Below, one piece after another: positions 19,505-28,873 of a stretch of 64,000 nucleotides of DNA (position 1 is the first letter of the stretch; every line of letters starts with the position of its first letter). A program made the translations under genes and the position numbers. Under the pieces are notes generated by a model. The model was not told the origin of the DNA and did no database searches. It saw nothing but the letters and a program-made list of their open reading frames with translations. The stretch spans positions 1,056,001-1,120,000 of the forward strand of contig OZ245842.1 of assembly GCA_965228895.1 (NCBI GenBank), given 5' to 3'. Source of the DNA: Alphaproteobacteria bacterium. GTDB lineage: Bacteria; Pseudomonadota; Alphaproteobacteria; SP197.

Positions 19505-20917
19505 TCAGATTGGCGGTCGCTTGTCGCCCCACGGACGATGTTTCTCGATCGCCGCGCCAATGCGAAGCGCGGTCAGGTCGTCGAACCGATGCCCGACGAT
19601 CTGCAAGCCGGTCGGCAGCCCGCTCTTGGTCCAGCCCGACGGCACGGAGAGCGCAGGGCAGTGGGCGATATTGTTGAAGGCAAGCGTCATGTCGGTGCTC
19701 AACACCTTGCCATCGGCGGTCTCGCCTGAATGCGCCGCATCTGTGTCGTCGGCCGGTGGGGCCGGAATGGGGTTGGTCGGGCAGAGCAGAGCGTCATAGC
19801 GCTCAAACACGTCGCACAGGCTATGCCACTGCTTGGTGCGCACGAACTCCAGCCGCTTGAAGGTGATGGCATCGATCGTGCGCGCGTGGTCGAACATCTC
19901 GACGATGGTCGGATCAAGGTCGTCTCGCCGCTCGTCAAGGTGCTGTTCGAAGAAGGCTGCCAGGTAGACGGTCCAGTATTCGTTCCAGGCGTCGGCGACG
20001 TCGCGTGTCCAGCCCAGATCGACCTCGTCGACCGTGGCGCCCGCATCGCGCAAGACATCGACGCACGCCATGACATTGGCCGCGACCTCATCGTCGATGG
20101 CATAGAATCCAAGATCCATGTCGAGCGCGATGGTCATGCCGGCGACATCGCCGCTGATCGACGTCGGCACATCGAGTGGCGTCTGGATCGACATGATGTC
20201 GCGTTCGAACGGCCCTTGGGCCGCGGCCAGGAACATCGCGGCGTCGTCGATGGTGCGGGCGAGAGGACCAAAATGGGAGATGTTGTCGAAGACAGTCGGC
20301 AGCACCGTCATCGGAATGCGTCCCAGGCTCGGCTTCAGGCCGACGGTGCCACAAAATGCCGCGGGTATGCGCACGGATCCCCCCATGTCCGAACCCTCGG
20401 CGAAGGGCACGCAGCCGGATGCGACGGCGGCACCGGAACCACCTGACGAGCCGCCGGGCGACCGGCTGGGGTCCCAGGGGTTGCGCGTTACGCCCCATAG
20501 CGGGCTGTGGGTGAAACCGGCATGGGCAAACTCCGGCGTCGTCGTTTTGCCGACCATGATCGCGCCGGCGCCGGTCAGGTCCTTGACGATCTGCGCGTCG
20601 TCATCGGGCACCCAGTCGCGATAGACCTTGCTGCCCATGGTCGTCGTCTTGCCCTTGGTCGGCGTGAAGTCCTTGATCGCGATGGGAACGCCATGCAGCG
20701 GACCGACGTCAGCGCCGCGCATGACGGCGGCCTCGGCCTCTTCGGCCTTGGCGATCGCCTCATCGGGAAAGACAAAGCAGAAACAGTTAAGTGTCGGATT
20801 GACCTCGCCGATTCGCTCCAGGCTGTTTTGAACGATAGCGACCGGCGATATCTCCTTTGTTCGGATGCGTCGCGCAAGTTCCTTGGCCGGCGTGAAACAC
20901 AGATCGAGATCGCTCAT
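19505..20917 (-). CDS. Amidase-signature family enzyme
   Basis: GVPIAIKD, GKTTTPEF, PGGSSGGSGAAVA and GSDMGGSVRIPA. Confidence 0.93.
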   Translation of the reverse strand: MSDLDLCFTPAKELARRIRTKEISPVAIVQNSLERIGEVNPTLNCFCFVFPDEAIAKAEEAEAAVMRGADVGPLHGVPIAIKDFTPTKGKTTTMGSKVYRDWVPDDDAQIVKDLTGAGAIMVGKTTTPEFAHAGFTHSPLWGVTRNPWDPSRSPGGSSGGSGAAVASGCVPFAEGSDMGGSVRIPAAFCGTVGLKPSLGRIPMTVLPTVFDNISHFGPLARTIDDAAMFLAAAQGPFERDIMSIQTPLDVPTSISGDVAGMTIALDMDLGFYAIDDEVAANVMACVDVLRDAGATVDEVDLGWTRDVADAWNEYWTVYLAAFFEQHLDERRDDLDPTIVEMFDHARTIDAITFKRLEFVRTKQWHSLCDVFERYDALLCPTNPIPAPPADDTDAAHSGETADGKVLSTDMTLAFNNIAHCPALSVPSGWTKSGLPTGLQIVGHRFDDLTALRIGAAIEKHRPWGDKRPPI

Positions 20918-20994
20918 GGATATCTCCCCCAATTGCAGATGGCCGCAGGCTCGGCTAAACCGGCACCCGGTATTCGCTTTTGTGCAGTGATTTC

Positions 20995-22131
20995 ATGGCA
21001 AACGGCCCGTTGCAAGCCTATCGCGCCTTGGTCGAGGACGGCGACATCAAACCGGACGGCGCCCAGCTTGCCGCCATGGAGCGGTTTCAACAGCTCTGCG
21101 ACGATCTCGATACGATGGCGCACAACGGAAGCCGCAACGGCAACGGACGCCTGTTCCGGGCTTTGTTCGGCAGCCGCAATGACGCGCCCGCGCCCAAGGG
21201 CGTCTATCTCTACGGCGATGTCGGCCGCGGCAAGTCGATGTTGATGGATCTTTTCTTTGAGACCGTTGACGTGCCGTCGAAACGACGCGTGCACTTTCAC
21301 GCTTTCATGCAGGAGGTTCACGGCCTGATCCATGAGCAACGCCATGTCGGTCGGCACGATAACGATCGAGATTTGATCAAGGCCGTCGCCAAAGGCGTCG
21401 CAAGAGACTCCAGCCTGCTGTGTTTCGACGAGCTGCATGTGACGGATATTGCCGACGCGATGATCCTGGGCCGCCTGTTCAAGAAACTTTTCGAACGCGG
21501 CATCGTCATGGTCGCGACCTCGAACCGTCCGCCGCGCGACCTCTACAACGGCGGCATCAACCGCGAGCTCTTCGTGCCGTTCATCGACATGATCGAAGAC
21601 CGCCTGGATGTGGTTGAACTTGAGGCCGAGCAAGACTACAGGCTGGCATTTCTGCAGCAGGCGAACGTCTATTGCACGCCGCTGGGTGAAGCGGCGGACC
21701 GCGCGCTTAACGACGCCTTCGATCATTTGGTCGGCGGCGAACCGCCCCATGCGCTCGATCTGGAAGTCCAGGGCCGGCAGCTTCATGTGCCGCGCCAAGC
21801 CCGCCATGTCGCGCGGTTTACGTTCGAAGAATTGTGCGACCGTCCGCTGGGTGCGGCGGACTACCTTTTGCTGGCCGAACACTTCCACACACTGGTCATC
21901 GACGGCATCCCGCGCATGGGCAAGGAGCAACGTAATCAGGCCAGCCGCCTCGTGACCCTCATCGACGTGCTCTACGAAAACCGCGTCAACCTGATCTGCT
22001 CGGCCGATGCGCCGCCCGATGAGCTCTACGTCCACGGCGATGGTGCGTTCGAGTTTCAACGCACGGCGTCTCGGCTGATTGAAATGCAATCCAGTCACTA
22101 TCTCGCAGAACAACGGCCGGAAGCGGCATGA
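20995..22131 (+). CDS. zapE: ZapE/AFG1 family ATPase
   Basis: YLYGDVGRGKSMLMDLF, RVHFHAFM, LCFDE, TSNRPPRDLY and FQRTASRLIEMQS. Confidence 0.94.
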   Translation: MANGPLQAYRALVEDGDIKPDGAQLAAMERFQQLCDDLDTMAHNGSRNGNGRLFRALFGSRNDAPAPKGVYLYGDVGRGKSMLMDLFFETVDVPSKRRVHFHAFMQEVHGLIHEQRHVGRHDNDRDLIKAVAKGVARDSSLLCFDELHVTDIADAMILGRLFKKLFERGIVMVATSNRPPRDLYNGGINRELFVPFIDMIEDRLDVVELEAEQDYRLAFLQQANVYCTPLGEAADRALNDAFDHLVGGEPPHALDLEVQGRQLHVPRQARHVARFTFEELCDRPLGAADYLLLAEHFHTLVIDGIPRMGKEQRNQASRLVTLIDVLYENRVNLICSADAPPDELYVHGDGAFEFQRTASRLIEMQSSHYLAEQRPEAA

Positions 22132-23555
22132 CGCTCGACGCGTTCTCCAGTGCCGTCGCCATGCGCAAGGCGCTTTCAAGCAGAGACCTCTCGCCGGTCG
22201 AGTTGCTGGAAACTCACGCTCAGCGCATCGAACGGCACAATCCCGCGCTGAACGCGATCGTCATTGGCGACCTCGATCATGCCCGGGAAGCCGCCCAGAC
22301 GGCTGACGTCTCCGCGCCTCTCGGCGGCCTGCCGATGACGGTCAAGGACGTCATGAACGTCAAGGGGCTGCCGAGTACTGGTGGCGGCGCCATGCCGCTC
22401 GGCAACATCGCTCAGGCCGATGCGCGCTCGGTCGCGAAGCTGCGTGCCGCCGGCGCCGTTATCATGGGCAAGACCAACACGCCGACCTTTGCGGCGGACT
22501 GGCAGACAACCAATGCGTTGTTCGGCGTCACCAACAACCCGTGGGATCTCGCCCGGACGCCGGGCGGCAGCACGGGTGGTGGTGCGGCGGCGGTCGCCGC
22601 TGGTCTGTCGCCGTTGGAACTGGGTTCGGATATCGGCGGGTCGATCCGCATTCCCGCGGCCTTCTGCGGAATCTATGGCCACAAGCCGAGCGAGGGGATC
22701 GTGCCGCGCAGCGGGGGCTTTGCCTCACCCTTTACCAATGCGGCGACCGGCCTTGCCGTGTGGGGGCCGTTGGCTCGCGACCCGTGCGATCTGGAAATGG
22801 CGCTTGATTGCCTTGTCGGGCCTGACCTGGGTTTCGAGCCGGCCTGGCGCGTCGACCTGCCGCCGGGGCGCCACGAACGGCTTGCCGATTTCCGGGTCGC
22901 CATGCTGCCCATGCCCGATTGGCCGCCGGTCCAGCGCGAGATTGCCGATGCCATGGCATCGCTGGCGTCGGATCTGGCCCGCTACGGCGTATCAGTTCGC
23001 GAAGCCAACCCTGAGGGATGGGGCGACATGCAGGCGATCTATCGCATCTATCGAAGCACGATGTTCGCGATAACGTCGGCCGGCTGGAGCGACGAACGGC
23101 GCGCCCAGGAACTGGCGGACGCCGATGCCAACGACGACGCCTTTGCCGTCGCCGACAAGCTCGGTATGGCGGCCAGTGCCGGCCAGTACATCGACTGGTT
23201 TGGTGAGCGCGAGCGGTACCGTCATGCCTACCGCCGGTTCTTCGAGGATGTCGATGTGCTGATTTGCCCGGTGGCGCCGGTCCTGGCGTTTCCGCATGAC
23301 GAGCGGCCCTGGCTTGCGCGTCGTCTCGATGTCGACGGCGCGGCGATCGACTATCTCCACATCTGTTTTTTCTCCGGCCTTGCCACTTTGTGCGGGCAGC
23401 CTTCGACGGCCTTTCCCTGTGGGGTTTCGGCCGACGGTCTGCCGGTCGGGTTGCAGGCGATCGGACCGTTCCTGGAAGACCGCACGCCAATTCGCTTCGC
23501 CGCGTGCCTTGCGGCCGAAAGGGGAGGCTTTCAGCCGCCCGAGGGGTATCATTGA
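22128..23555 (+). CDS. Amidase-signature family enzyme
   Basis: GLPMTVKD, GKTNTP, PGGSTGG and GSDIGGSIRIPA; ATGA overlap with zapE. Confidence 0.92.
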   Translation: MTLDAFSSAVAMRKALSSRDLSPVELLETHAQRIERHNPALNAIVIGDLDHAREAAQTADVSAPLGGLPMTVKDVMNVKGLPSTGGGAMPLGNIAQADARSVAKLRAAGAVIMGKTNTPTFAADWQTTNALFGVTNNPWDLARTPGGSTGGGAAAVAAGLSPLELGSDIGGSIRIPAAFCGIYGHKPSEGIVPRSGGFASPFTNAATGLAVWGPLARDPCDLEMALDCLVGPDLGFEPAWRVDLPPGRHERLADFRVAMLPMPDWPPVQREIADAMASLASDLARYGVSVREANPEGWGDMQAIYRIYRSTMFAITSAGWSDERRAQELADADANDDAFAVADKLGMAASAGQYIDWFGERERYRHAYRRFFEDVDVLICPVAPVLAFPHDERPWLARRLDVDGAAIDYLHICFFSGLATLCGQPSTAFPCGVSADGLPVGLQAIGPFLEDRTPIRFAACLAAERGGFQPPEGYH

Positions 23556-23595
23556 GCGCCATCGACGCCATTCACCGTATGGAAGGAGCACATCC

Positions 23596-24192
23596 ATGAT
23601 CGCATACCGTCGTCTCGCTCTGGGCGCCCTGGTGGGCGTTGCCGCATTGGCCGTTCAGTCGGCGCCCCAAGCCGGCATGCCGGTGCCGCCGGCGGCGCCC
23701 AGCTCCGGTGTCATCCTGATCAACACGCCGGTCGACCAAATGGCGCCGCAAACGGCCCGGGCGTACATGATCAGCATCCAGGAAGAGTTGATCGCCCATG
23801 GCTATCGTCCAGGCCCGGTCGACGGCACGATGGGCCCGCAGACACGCTCGGCGATCCGCGCCTATCAGCGCGACGCCGGGCTGGCCGTCGACGGTATCGC
23901 GACCAAAGAGCTGCTCGATCACCTGAAGTTCGCCCAGCCCAAGGTTTACGCCAGTACGAGCTCCAGCAGTCCCGCTCTCGATCCCGCGCTGGTTCGCGAT
24001 GTCCAAGTCGAACTGGCCGAGCGCGGCTATTACTACGGCGAACTCGACGGTATTGCCGGCAGCGGCACGCGCCAAGGTGTGCGCGACTTCCAGGCCGATG
24101 CCAAGCTGCCGGTGACCGGTGAGATCAACCAAGCATTGCTTGACCAGCTTCGGAAGGCCTCGCCGGACATTCGCGCGTCGTCATCGATCTAG
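23596..24192 (+). CDS. Exported protein with two peptidoglycan-binding (PG_binding_1) domains
   Basis: SD AAGGAG and a signal peptide, then IQEEL..GY..GPVDG.MGPQTRSAIRAYQ and VQVEL..GY..GELDG.AG..T..GVRDFQ. Confidence 0.87.
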   Translation: MIAYRRLALGALVGVAALAVQSAPQAGMPVPPAAPSSGVILINTPVDQMAPQTARAYMISIQEELIAHGYRPGPVDGTMGPQTRSAIRAYQRDAGLAVDGIATKELLDHLKFAQPKVYASTSSSSPALDPALVRDVQVELAERGYYYGELDGIAGSGTRQGVRDFQADAKLPVTGEINQALLDQLRKASPDIRASSSI

Positions 24193-24228
24193 AGGGCCCG
24201 CGCCGATCAAGCGTAGGCAGGTTTGGCT

Positions 24229-25176
24229 CTAAGACCGCAGGCTGCGGCCCTCAGGCACCGTTGTCCAGGCGTTGGCGGCATACTCGGAGCGGTAATAGTC
24301 CATCTGGCGATGGGCGGCCGTGACCGTGTTCTGCATCAGCATCGCCACGGTCACCGGTCCAACGCCGCCGGGCACCGGTGTGATCCAGCCGGCGACATCG
24401 CGGCAGGATTCGTAATCGCAGTCGCCGACGGTCAGCATCTGGCCTTCCGGCCCCTCGATCTGATTGATGCCGATATCAATGACCGCGGCACCGGGCTTGA
24501 TCATATTGCCGGTGACGAGGCCCGGTTTGCCGACGGCGACAAAGACCGCGTCGGCCTGGCGCGAATGGACAGCGAGATTGCGGGTCATGTGGTGACAGAC
24601 GGTGACTGTCGCGCCTTCGGCCATCAGAAGAAACGCGATCGGCTTGCCGACGATTTCAGAGTGGCCGACAACGACCACCTCCATGCCTGACAGCTCCAAG
24701 CCCGTCCGCTTCAGCATCTCGACCGATGCCATCGCCGTGCAAGGACCCAGGACCAGCTCGTTATAGACGATGTTGCCGATCGACGCGGGATGCAGACCCT
24801 CGACGTCCTTCAGCGGATGGATCGAGGATTGCAGCAGCTTGACGTTCAGATGCTCGGGCACCGGCCGCTGAATGATGATGCCGGTGACATGGGGGCTCGC
24901 ATTCATCGCCTGGATCGCGGCCTGCATTTCCGCTTCGGTGATCTCAGCGGGAAAGTGCCGTTCCTCAAACGAAATGCCTACGCGTTCGGCGGTGCGCTTT
25001 TGATTGCGCACATAGATGCCGACCGCATCGACATCGCCAATGGTGACCGACACCAGACGCGGCGGCCAATCGTTTTCGGTCAGCTCGTCAATCTTCAGCT
25101 TTAGATCGTCGTTGATCGACGCGGCAATGGCCCGGCCGTCAAGGTCCTTGTGTTTCAAGGTCTCCTGATCGGCCAT
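24229..25176 (-). CDS. folD: Methylene-THF dehydrogenase (FolD family, divergent)
   Basis: LDGRAIA, KDVEG, PCT, VIDIGIN and ITPVPGGVGPVTVAML. Confidence 0.92.
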   Translation of the reverse strand: MADQETLKHKDLDGRAIAASINDDLKLKIDELTENDWPPRLVSVTIGDVDAVGIYVRNQKRTAERVGISFEERHFPAEITEAEMQAAIQAMNASPHVTGIIIQRPVPEHLNVKLLQSSIHPLKDVEGLHPASIGNIVYNELVLGPCTAMASVEMLKRTGLELSGMEVVVVGHSEIVGKPIAFLLMAEGATVTVCHHMTRNLAVHSRQADAVFVAVGKPGLVTGNMIKPGAAVIDIGINQIEGPEGQMLTVGDCDYESCRDVAGWITPVPGGVGPVTVAMLMQNTVTAAHRQMDYYRSEYAANAWTTVPEGRSLRS

Positions 25177-25205
25177 CAAGGTCCTTTCGGTGCGTAACCG
25201 TTAGG

Positions 25206-25440
25206 TCAGTTGCTGTCGCCGTCGGTCGCGTCTTCGATGGCGTCAGAGGCGTCGTCGGCAGCATCGCCAACCGCATCGGCGGCATCCTCGGCCGCGTCGG
25301 AAACACTGTCGGCGGCATCGGATGCCGCGTCCATCGCGTCGTCGGCGGCATCGGACGCCGCATCCATGGCATCGCCGGCGGCATCGGACGCATCGTCGGA
25401 GACATCCTCCATGGTGCCGGTGACGTCACCCTCGGCCTCG
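25206..25440 (-). repeat. Intragenic ~33-bp tandem repeat encoding Asp/Ala-rich 11-mers
   Basis: DDASDAAGDAM / DAASDAADDAM / DAASDAADSVS / DAAEDAADAVG / DAADDASDAIE. Confidence 0.8.
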
Positions 25441-25997
25441 GCGCCGCCCACGTCCATCGCGACCTCGGGCAGCGGCACGGGGTTGTCGCTCAACGTGCGC
25501 ATCCAAGCAATGAGGTCGGCGCGTTCGGCGATGTCGGAGATACCGGCGAAGGTCATCTTGGTGCCCGGCGCATAGGCGCGGGGGCCGGCCAGATAGTCGC
25601 TCAGTCGGTCATAGGACCAAACGCCGCCCAGGTCCAAGAGCGCGCTCGAATAATCGTAGCCGGGGACGCTGGCGACCTCGCTACCGACGATGTTCCACAG
25701 GTTCGGTCCCTGTTTCGCCGCGGTATCGCCTTGCACAAACGTATGGCAGGCCGAGCATTTGCGCGAAATCCGCTCGCCGCCCTCGGGCAGGGCAGCCGCC
25801 AGCAACTGGTCAATGCTCATGGCAGGCGCCGTGTCGTCGGCCACGGTGCCGCTCGGCTCGTCAATCTCGACGATATAGGACATCTCGTCGGGCGAATCGG
25901 CGTTGTAGAGAATCCCGCCCAGCTTACTGACGCCGACCGCGATCAGGACTGCCACCAGGACCGCAGCAGCAATCTTGTTGAATTCAAGGGATTCCAT
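25206..25997 (-). CDS. Membrane-anchored cytochrome c (CycM/cy-like) with acidic repeat tail
   Basis: N-terminal anchor MESLEFNKIAAAVL, heme motif CSACH, GPNLW and PGTKM (axial Met); divergent from kdsB. Confidence 0.92.
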   Translation of the reverse strand: MESLEFNKIAAAVLVAVLIAVGVSKLGGILYNADSPDEMSYIVEIDEPSGTVADDTAPAMSIDQLLAAALPEGGERISRKCSACHTFVQGDTAAKQGPNLWNIVGSEVASVPGYDYSSALLDLGGVWSYDRLSDYLAGPRAYAPGTKMTFAGISDIAERADLIAWMRTLSDNPVPLPEVAMDVGGAEAEGDVTGTMEDVSDDASDAAGDAMDAASDAADDAMDAASDAADSVSDAAEDAADAVGDAADDASDAIEDATDGDSN

Positions 25998-26086
25998 GTG
26001 TACCGACCTTCCCGGTGACCCGTGAGAACGCGGCGGAGATTAGCCATTTCACGGACCTGTGTTCAACCCCTATGGGCCTTTGACCT

Positions 26087-26821
26087 GTGACTCCAATTAT
26101 CATGATTCCGGCTCGCATGGCGTCCCAAAGATTGCCGGGCAAGCCCATGGCCGACATTCATGGCGAACCGATGATCGTCCATGTCTGGCGCCGGGCCATG
26201 GAATCGGGGGTCGGGCCGGCCGTTGTGGCCGCGGGAGAGGCTGAAATCGCCGATGCCGTGACCCAGGTCGGCGGCCAGGCCGTCTTGACCGACGCCGACC
26301 TTCCATCGGGCTCCGATCGTATCCTGGCGGCCTTGGAAACCTTCGATCAAGACGACCGCTTTGACGTGGTGGTCAACCTGCAGGGCGATTTGCCGACACT
26401 GGATCCGCATTTGATCGCGAAAGCGGTCGCGGCGCTTGAGGAGAGTGGCGCCGATATCGCGACCCTGGCGTGTCCGACAGAGTCGCCAGAGGAACGGGTC
26501 AATCCCAATGTCACCAAGGCGGTCGTTGCCTGGGATGAATCGGGCGAGCGGGGCCGTGCGCTCTATTTTACCCGTGCCGAGGCACCGTCGGGCGACGGCC
26601 CGATCTTTCATCACATCGGTCTCTACGCGTTCCGTCGCGACGCCCTGGCGCGATTTGTCGCGCTGCCGGCAAGCCCCTTGGAAAAGCGCGAAAGACTGGA
26701 GCAACTGCGCGCGCTTGAGGCAGGAATGACGATCGCGGTGGCGCGCGTTGACACGATTCCACTCGGTGTCGATACTGCCGATGATCTTGAGCGGGCCAGG
26801 GCCTTGCTCGCAACCTCCTGA
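26087..26821 (+). CDS. kdsB: 3-deoxy-manno-octulosonate cytidylyltransferase
   Basis: IPARMASQRLPGKP, SGSDR, NLQGD, HHIGLY and ERLEQLRAL. Confidence 0.96.
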   Translation: MTPIIMIPARMASQRLPGKPMADIHGEPMIVHVWRRAMESGVGPAVVAAGEAEIADAVTQVGGQAVLTDADLPSGSDRILAALETFDQDDRFDVVVNLQGDLPTLDPHLIAKAVAALEESGADIATLACPTESPEERVNPNVTKAVVAWDESGERGRALYFTRAEAPSGDGPIFHHIGLYAFRRDALARFVALPASPLEKRERLEQLRALEAGMTIAVARVDTIPLGVDTADDLERARALLATS

Positions 26822-26827
26822 TTTTCC

Positions 26828-27706
26828 ATGGCAAACAGCGACAATATTATCGCCTTCCAGGGCAACCCTGGCGCTTACTCCCACCTTGCATGCCGGCACG
26901 CGTATCCGGATAGAGATGTGCTGCCGTGTGAGTCGTTCGAGGACGTCTTCGCCGCCGTCGAGCTTGGAGAGGCCTCGCTTGCCATGATGCCGGTTGAAAA
27001 CTCGGTCGCGGGCAGGGTCGGCGACGTCCACCACCTGATGCCCCATTCGACGCTCCACATCGTCGGCGAGCACTTTCAGCGGGTCGAGCACCAGTTGCTC
27101 GGCGTGGCGGGCGCCGGTCTGGACGACCTGGAAGCCGTGCACTCGCATGTCATGGCGCTTGGGCAGTGCCGCAACCTGATCCGGGAGCTCGGCGTCAAAC
27201 CCATGAACCACGCGGACACGGCGGGCGCGGCGCGCGATGTCGCCGACCGCGGTGAGAAGGCCCATGCCGCCATCGCGTCGTCGTTGGCGGGCGAGATCTA
27301 TGGTCTCGATACGCTGAAGACCAATATCGAGGATGCCGAGCACAACCACACACGTTTCCTGATCCTGGCCCGCGATGCGGTCGATCCGGACCCCAAGGAC
27401 GGCACGATCGTCACCAGCATCCTGTTCCGCGTCCGCAGCGTGCCCGCCGCCCTCTATAAGGCACTTGGCGGCTTCGCGACCAACGGCGTCAACCTGACCC
27501 GCCTGGAGAGCTACATGGTCGGCGGCGCGTTTGTCGCCGCCCAGTTTTATCTGGACGCCGAGGGTCATCCCGACGAGCGTTCGATGCAGTTGGCGCTGGA
27601 GGAACTGCGGTTTTTCGCCCGCGAGGTCCGTGTCTTGGGCGTCTACAACGCCCATCCCTACCGCAAGGAATCCGAGCGCCTGGCGGCCATGAACGGCGAT
27701 CTTTAG
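26828..27706 (+). CDS. pheA: Prephenate dehydratase (monofunctional, ACT domain)
   Basis: AFQGNPGAYS, PVENS, NHTRF and NLTRLES. Confidence 0.93.
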   Translation: MANSDNIIAFQGNPGAYSHLACRHAYPDRDVLPCESFEDVFAAVELGEASLAMMPVENSVAGRVGDVHHLMPHSTLHIVGEHFQRVEHQLLGVAGAGLDDLEAVHSHVMALGQCRNLIRELGVKPMNHADTAGAARDVADRGEKAHAAIASSLAGEIYGLDTLKTNIEDAEHNHTRFLILARDAVDPDPKDGTIVTSILFRVRSVPAALYKALGGFATNGVNLTRLESYMVGGAFVAAQFYLDAEGHPDERSMQLALEELRFFAREVRVLGVYNAHPYRKESERLAAMNGDL

Positions 27707-27737
27707 ATTACTTAGTCATCAAACTGGGCGGTTGAGA

Positions 27738-28646
27738 TCAGCCTCGTGCGACCCAGTCGTCGATCAGGCGGCGCGCGATCGAATCGTGGCGCGGCAATTC
27801 GATGTCCAGATCGGCGCTTCTAAGATCGTCGCGGCTGTACCAATCGGCTTCGGCCAGTTCGTCGTCGCCCATGTTGATCGTCGGATCGCCAGCCTGGGCG
27901 AAGAAACCGATCATAAGGGAGCAGGGATAGGGCCACGGTTGCGTGGCATGGAAGCGGACATCGTGAACGCGAACACCGGCTTCTTCGAAGACTTCGCGCA
28001 CGACCGCTTCCTCTGCGGCTTCGCCCGGTTCGACGAACCCGGCCAGGCAGGAATGCAGACGCCCCGTCCAGCCGCGTTGGCGTGCCAAAAGGCAGCGTTC
28101 TTGATGTTCAACCAGAACGATGACGGCCGGATCGGTGCGCGGAAAGTGAAGGGCGCCGCACGTCTCGTCCGTGCAGCGGCGCAGGTGGCCGGCTTGCGCG
28201 GCCGTCGTCGGCTGGCCACAGGTGCCGCAGTGATGATGCTTTTGCGCCCATTGCACGAGCCATGCGGCATGGGACAGCAGGGACGCTTCGTCGCGCACCA
28301 ACTGCGTGGCGACGCCATAGAGTTCGACAAAATGGCCGTCGCCGCCCAGCACCGCGGCCTCGCTGTCGTCGAGATAGGAGATATCGATGGCGAACAAGGC
28401 ATGCCCGTTCATCATGCCGAGCAGAATGGGAGCGACCGTCGCGTGCTCGATGAAGCCGCGCGCTTCGTCGGCTGTCAGCATCACTGCGCCCGCCGTGCCG
28501 GTTTCGTCGACCAGGCTATGACCCCGCCACACCGGGATGAAGCGGCTCTCGGGGTCGGCCAGCCGTGCGGCGACCCATTGTTCGTCGGTGCGCCGTTCGG
28601 CGGCTCGGTCGATGACGGCGCCGCTATAGTGGGTGAGGTCAACCAT
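27738..28646 (-). CDS. nudC: NAD(+)/NADH diphosphatase NudC
   Basis: Zinc ribbon CGTCG..C....C, FPRTDPAVI, AGFVEPGE..EEAVVREVFEE and QPWP. Confidence 0.94.
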   Translation of the reverse strand: MVDLTHYSGAVIDRAAERRTDEQWVAARLADPESRFIPVWRGHSLVDETGTAGAVMLTADEARGFIEHATVAPILLGMMNGHALFAIDISYLDDSEAAVLGGDGHFVELYGVATQLVRDEASLLSHAAWLVQWAQKHHHCGTCGQPTTAAQAGHLRRCTDETCGALHFPRTDPAVIVLVEHQERCLLARQRGWTGRLHSCLAGFVEPGEAAEEAVVREVFEEAGVRVHDVRFHATQPWPYPCSLMIGFFAQAGDPTINMGDDELAEADWYSRDDLRSADLDIELPRHDSIARRLIDDWVARG

Positions 28647-28714
28647 GGCCAGAAGCTCGCATAGCAGGCTTTCTGCCGCAATTGGCGGTCTCGGGGTTTA
28701 TCGCGGGGCAGGGC

Positions 28715-28744
28715 TTGCATCGGGGGTGGCGCGCTCGATATGGT
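28715..28744 (+). promoter_or_regulatory. Putative sigma70 promoter of ffs
   Basis: TTGCAT-N18-TATGGT ending 6 nt before the RNA 5' end. Confidence 0.55.
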
Positions 28745-28750
28745 GCGGGT

Positions 28751-28848
28751 GGAAGGCTGGCGCGGACGGGCGGCCTCGTGAACCCGGTCAGGTCCGGAAG
28801 GAAGCAGCCGTAGCGAGATTCGCGGCCCGGGTCGCTGTCCAGTCTTCC
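28751..28848 (+). ncRNA. ffs: Signal recognition particle RNA (4.5S)
   Basis: Helix-8 signature CAGGTCCGGAAGGAAGCAGC; ends GGAAGGCTGG and CCAGTCTTCC pair; lies directly upstream of dnaX. Confidence 0.96.
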
Positions 28849-28873
28849 ATCTTCCCTGCCCGAAAAAGGCCCG

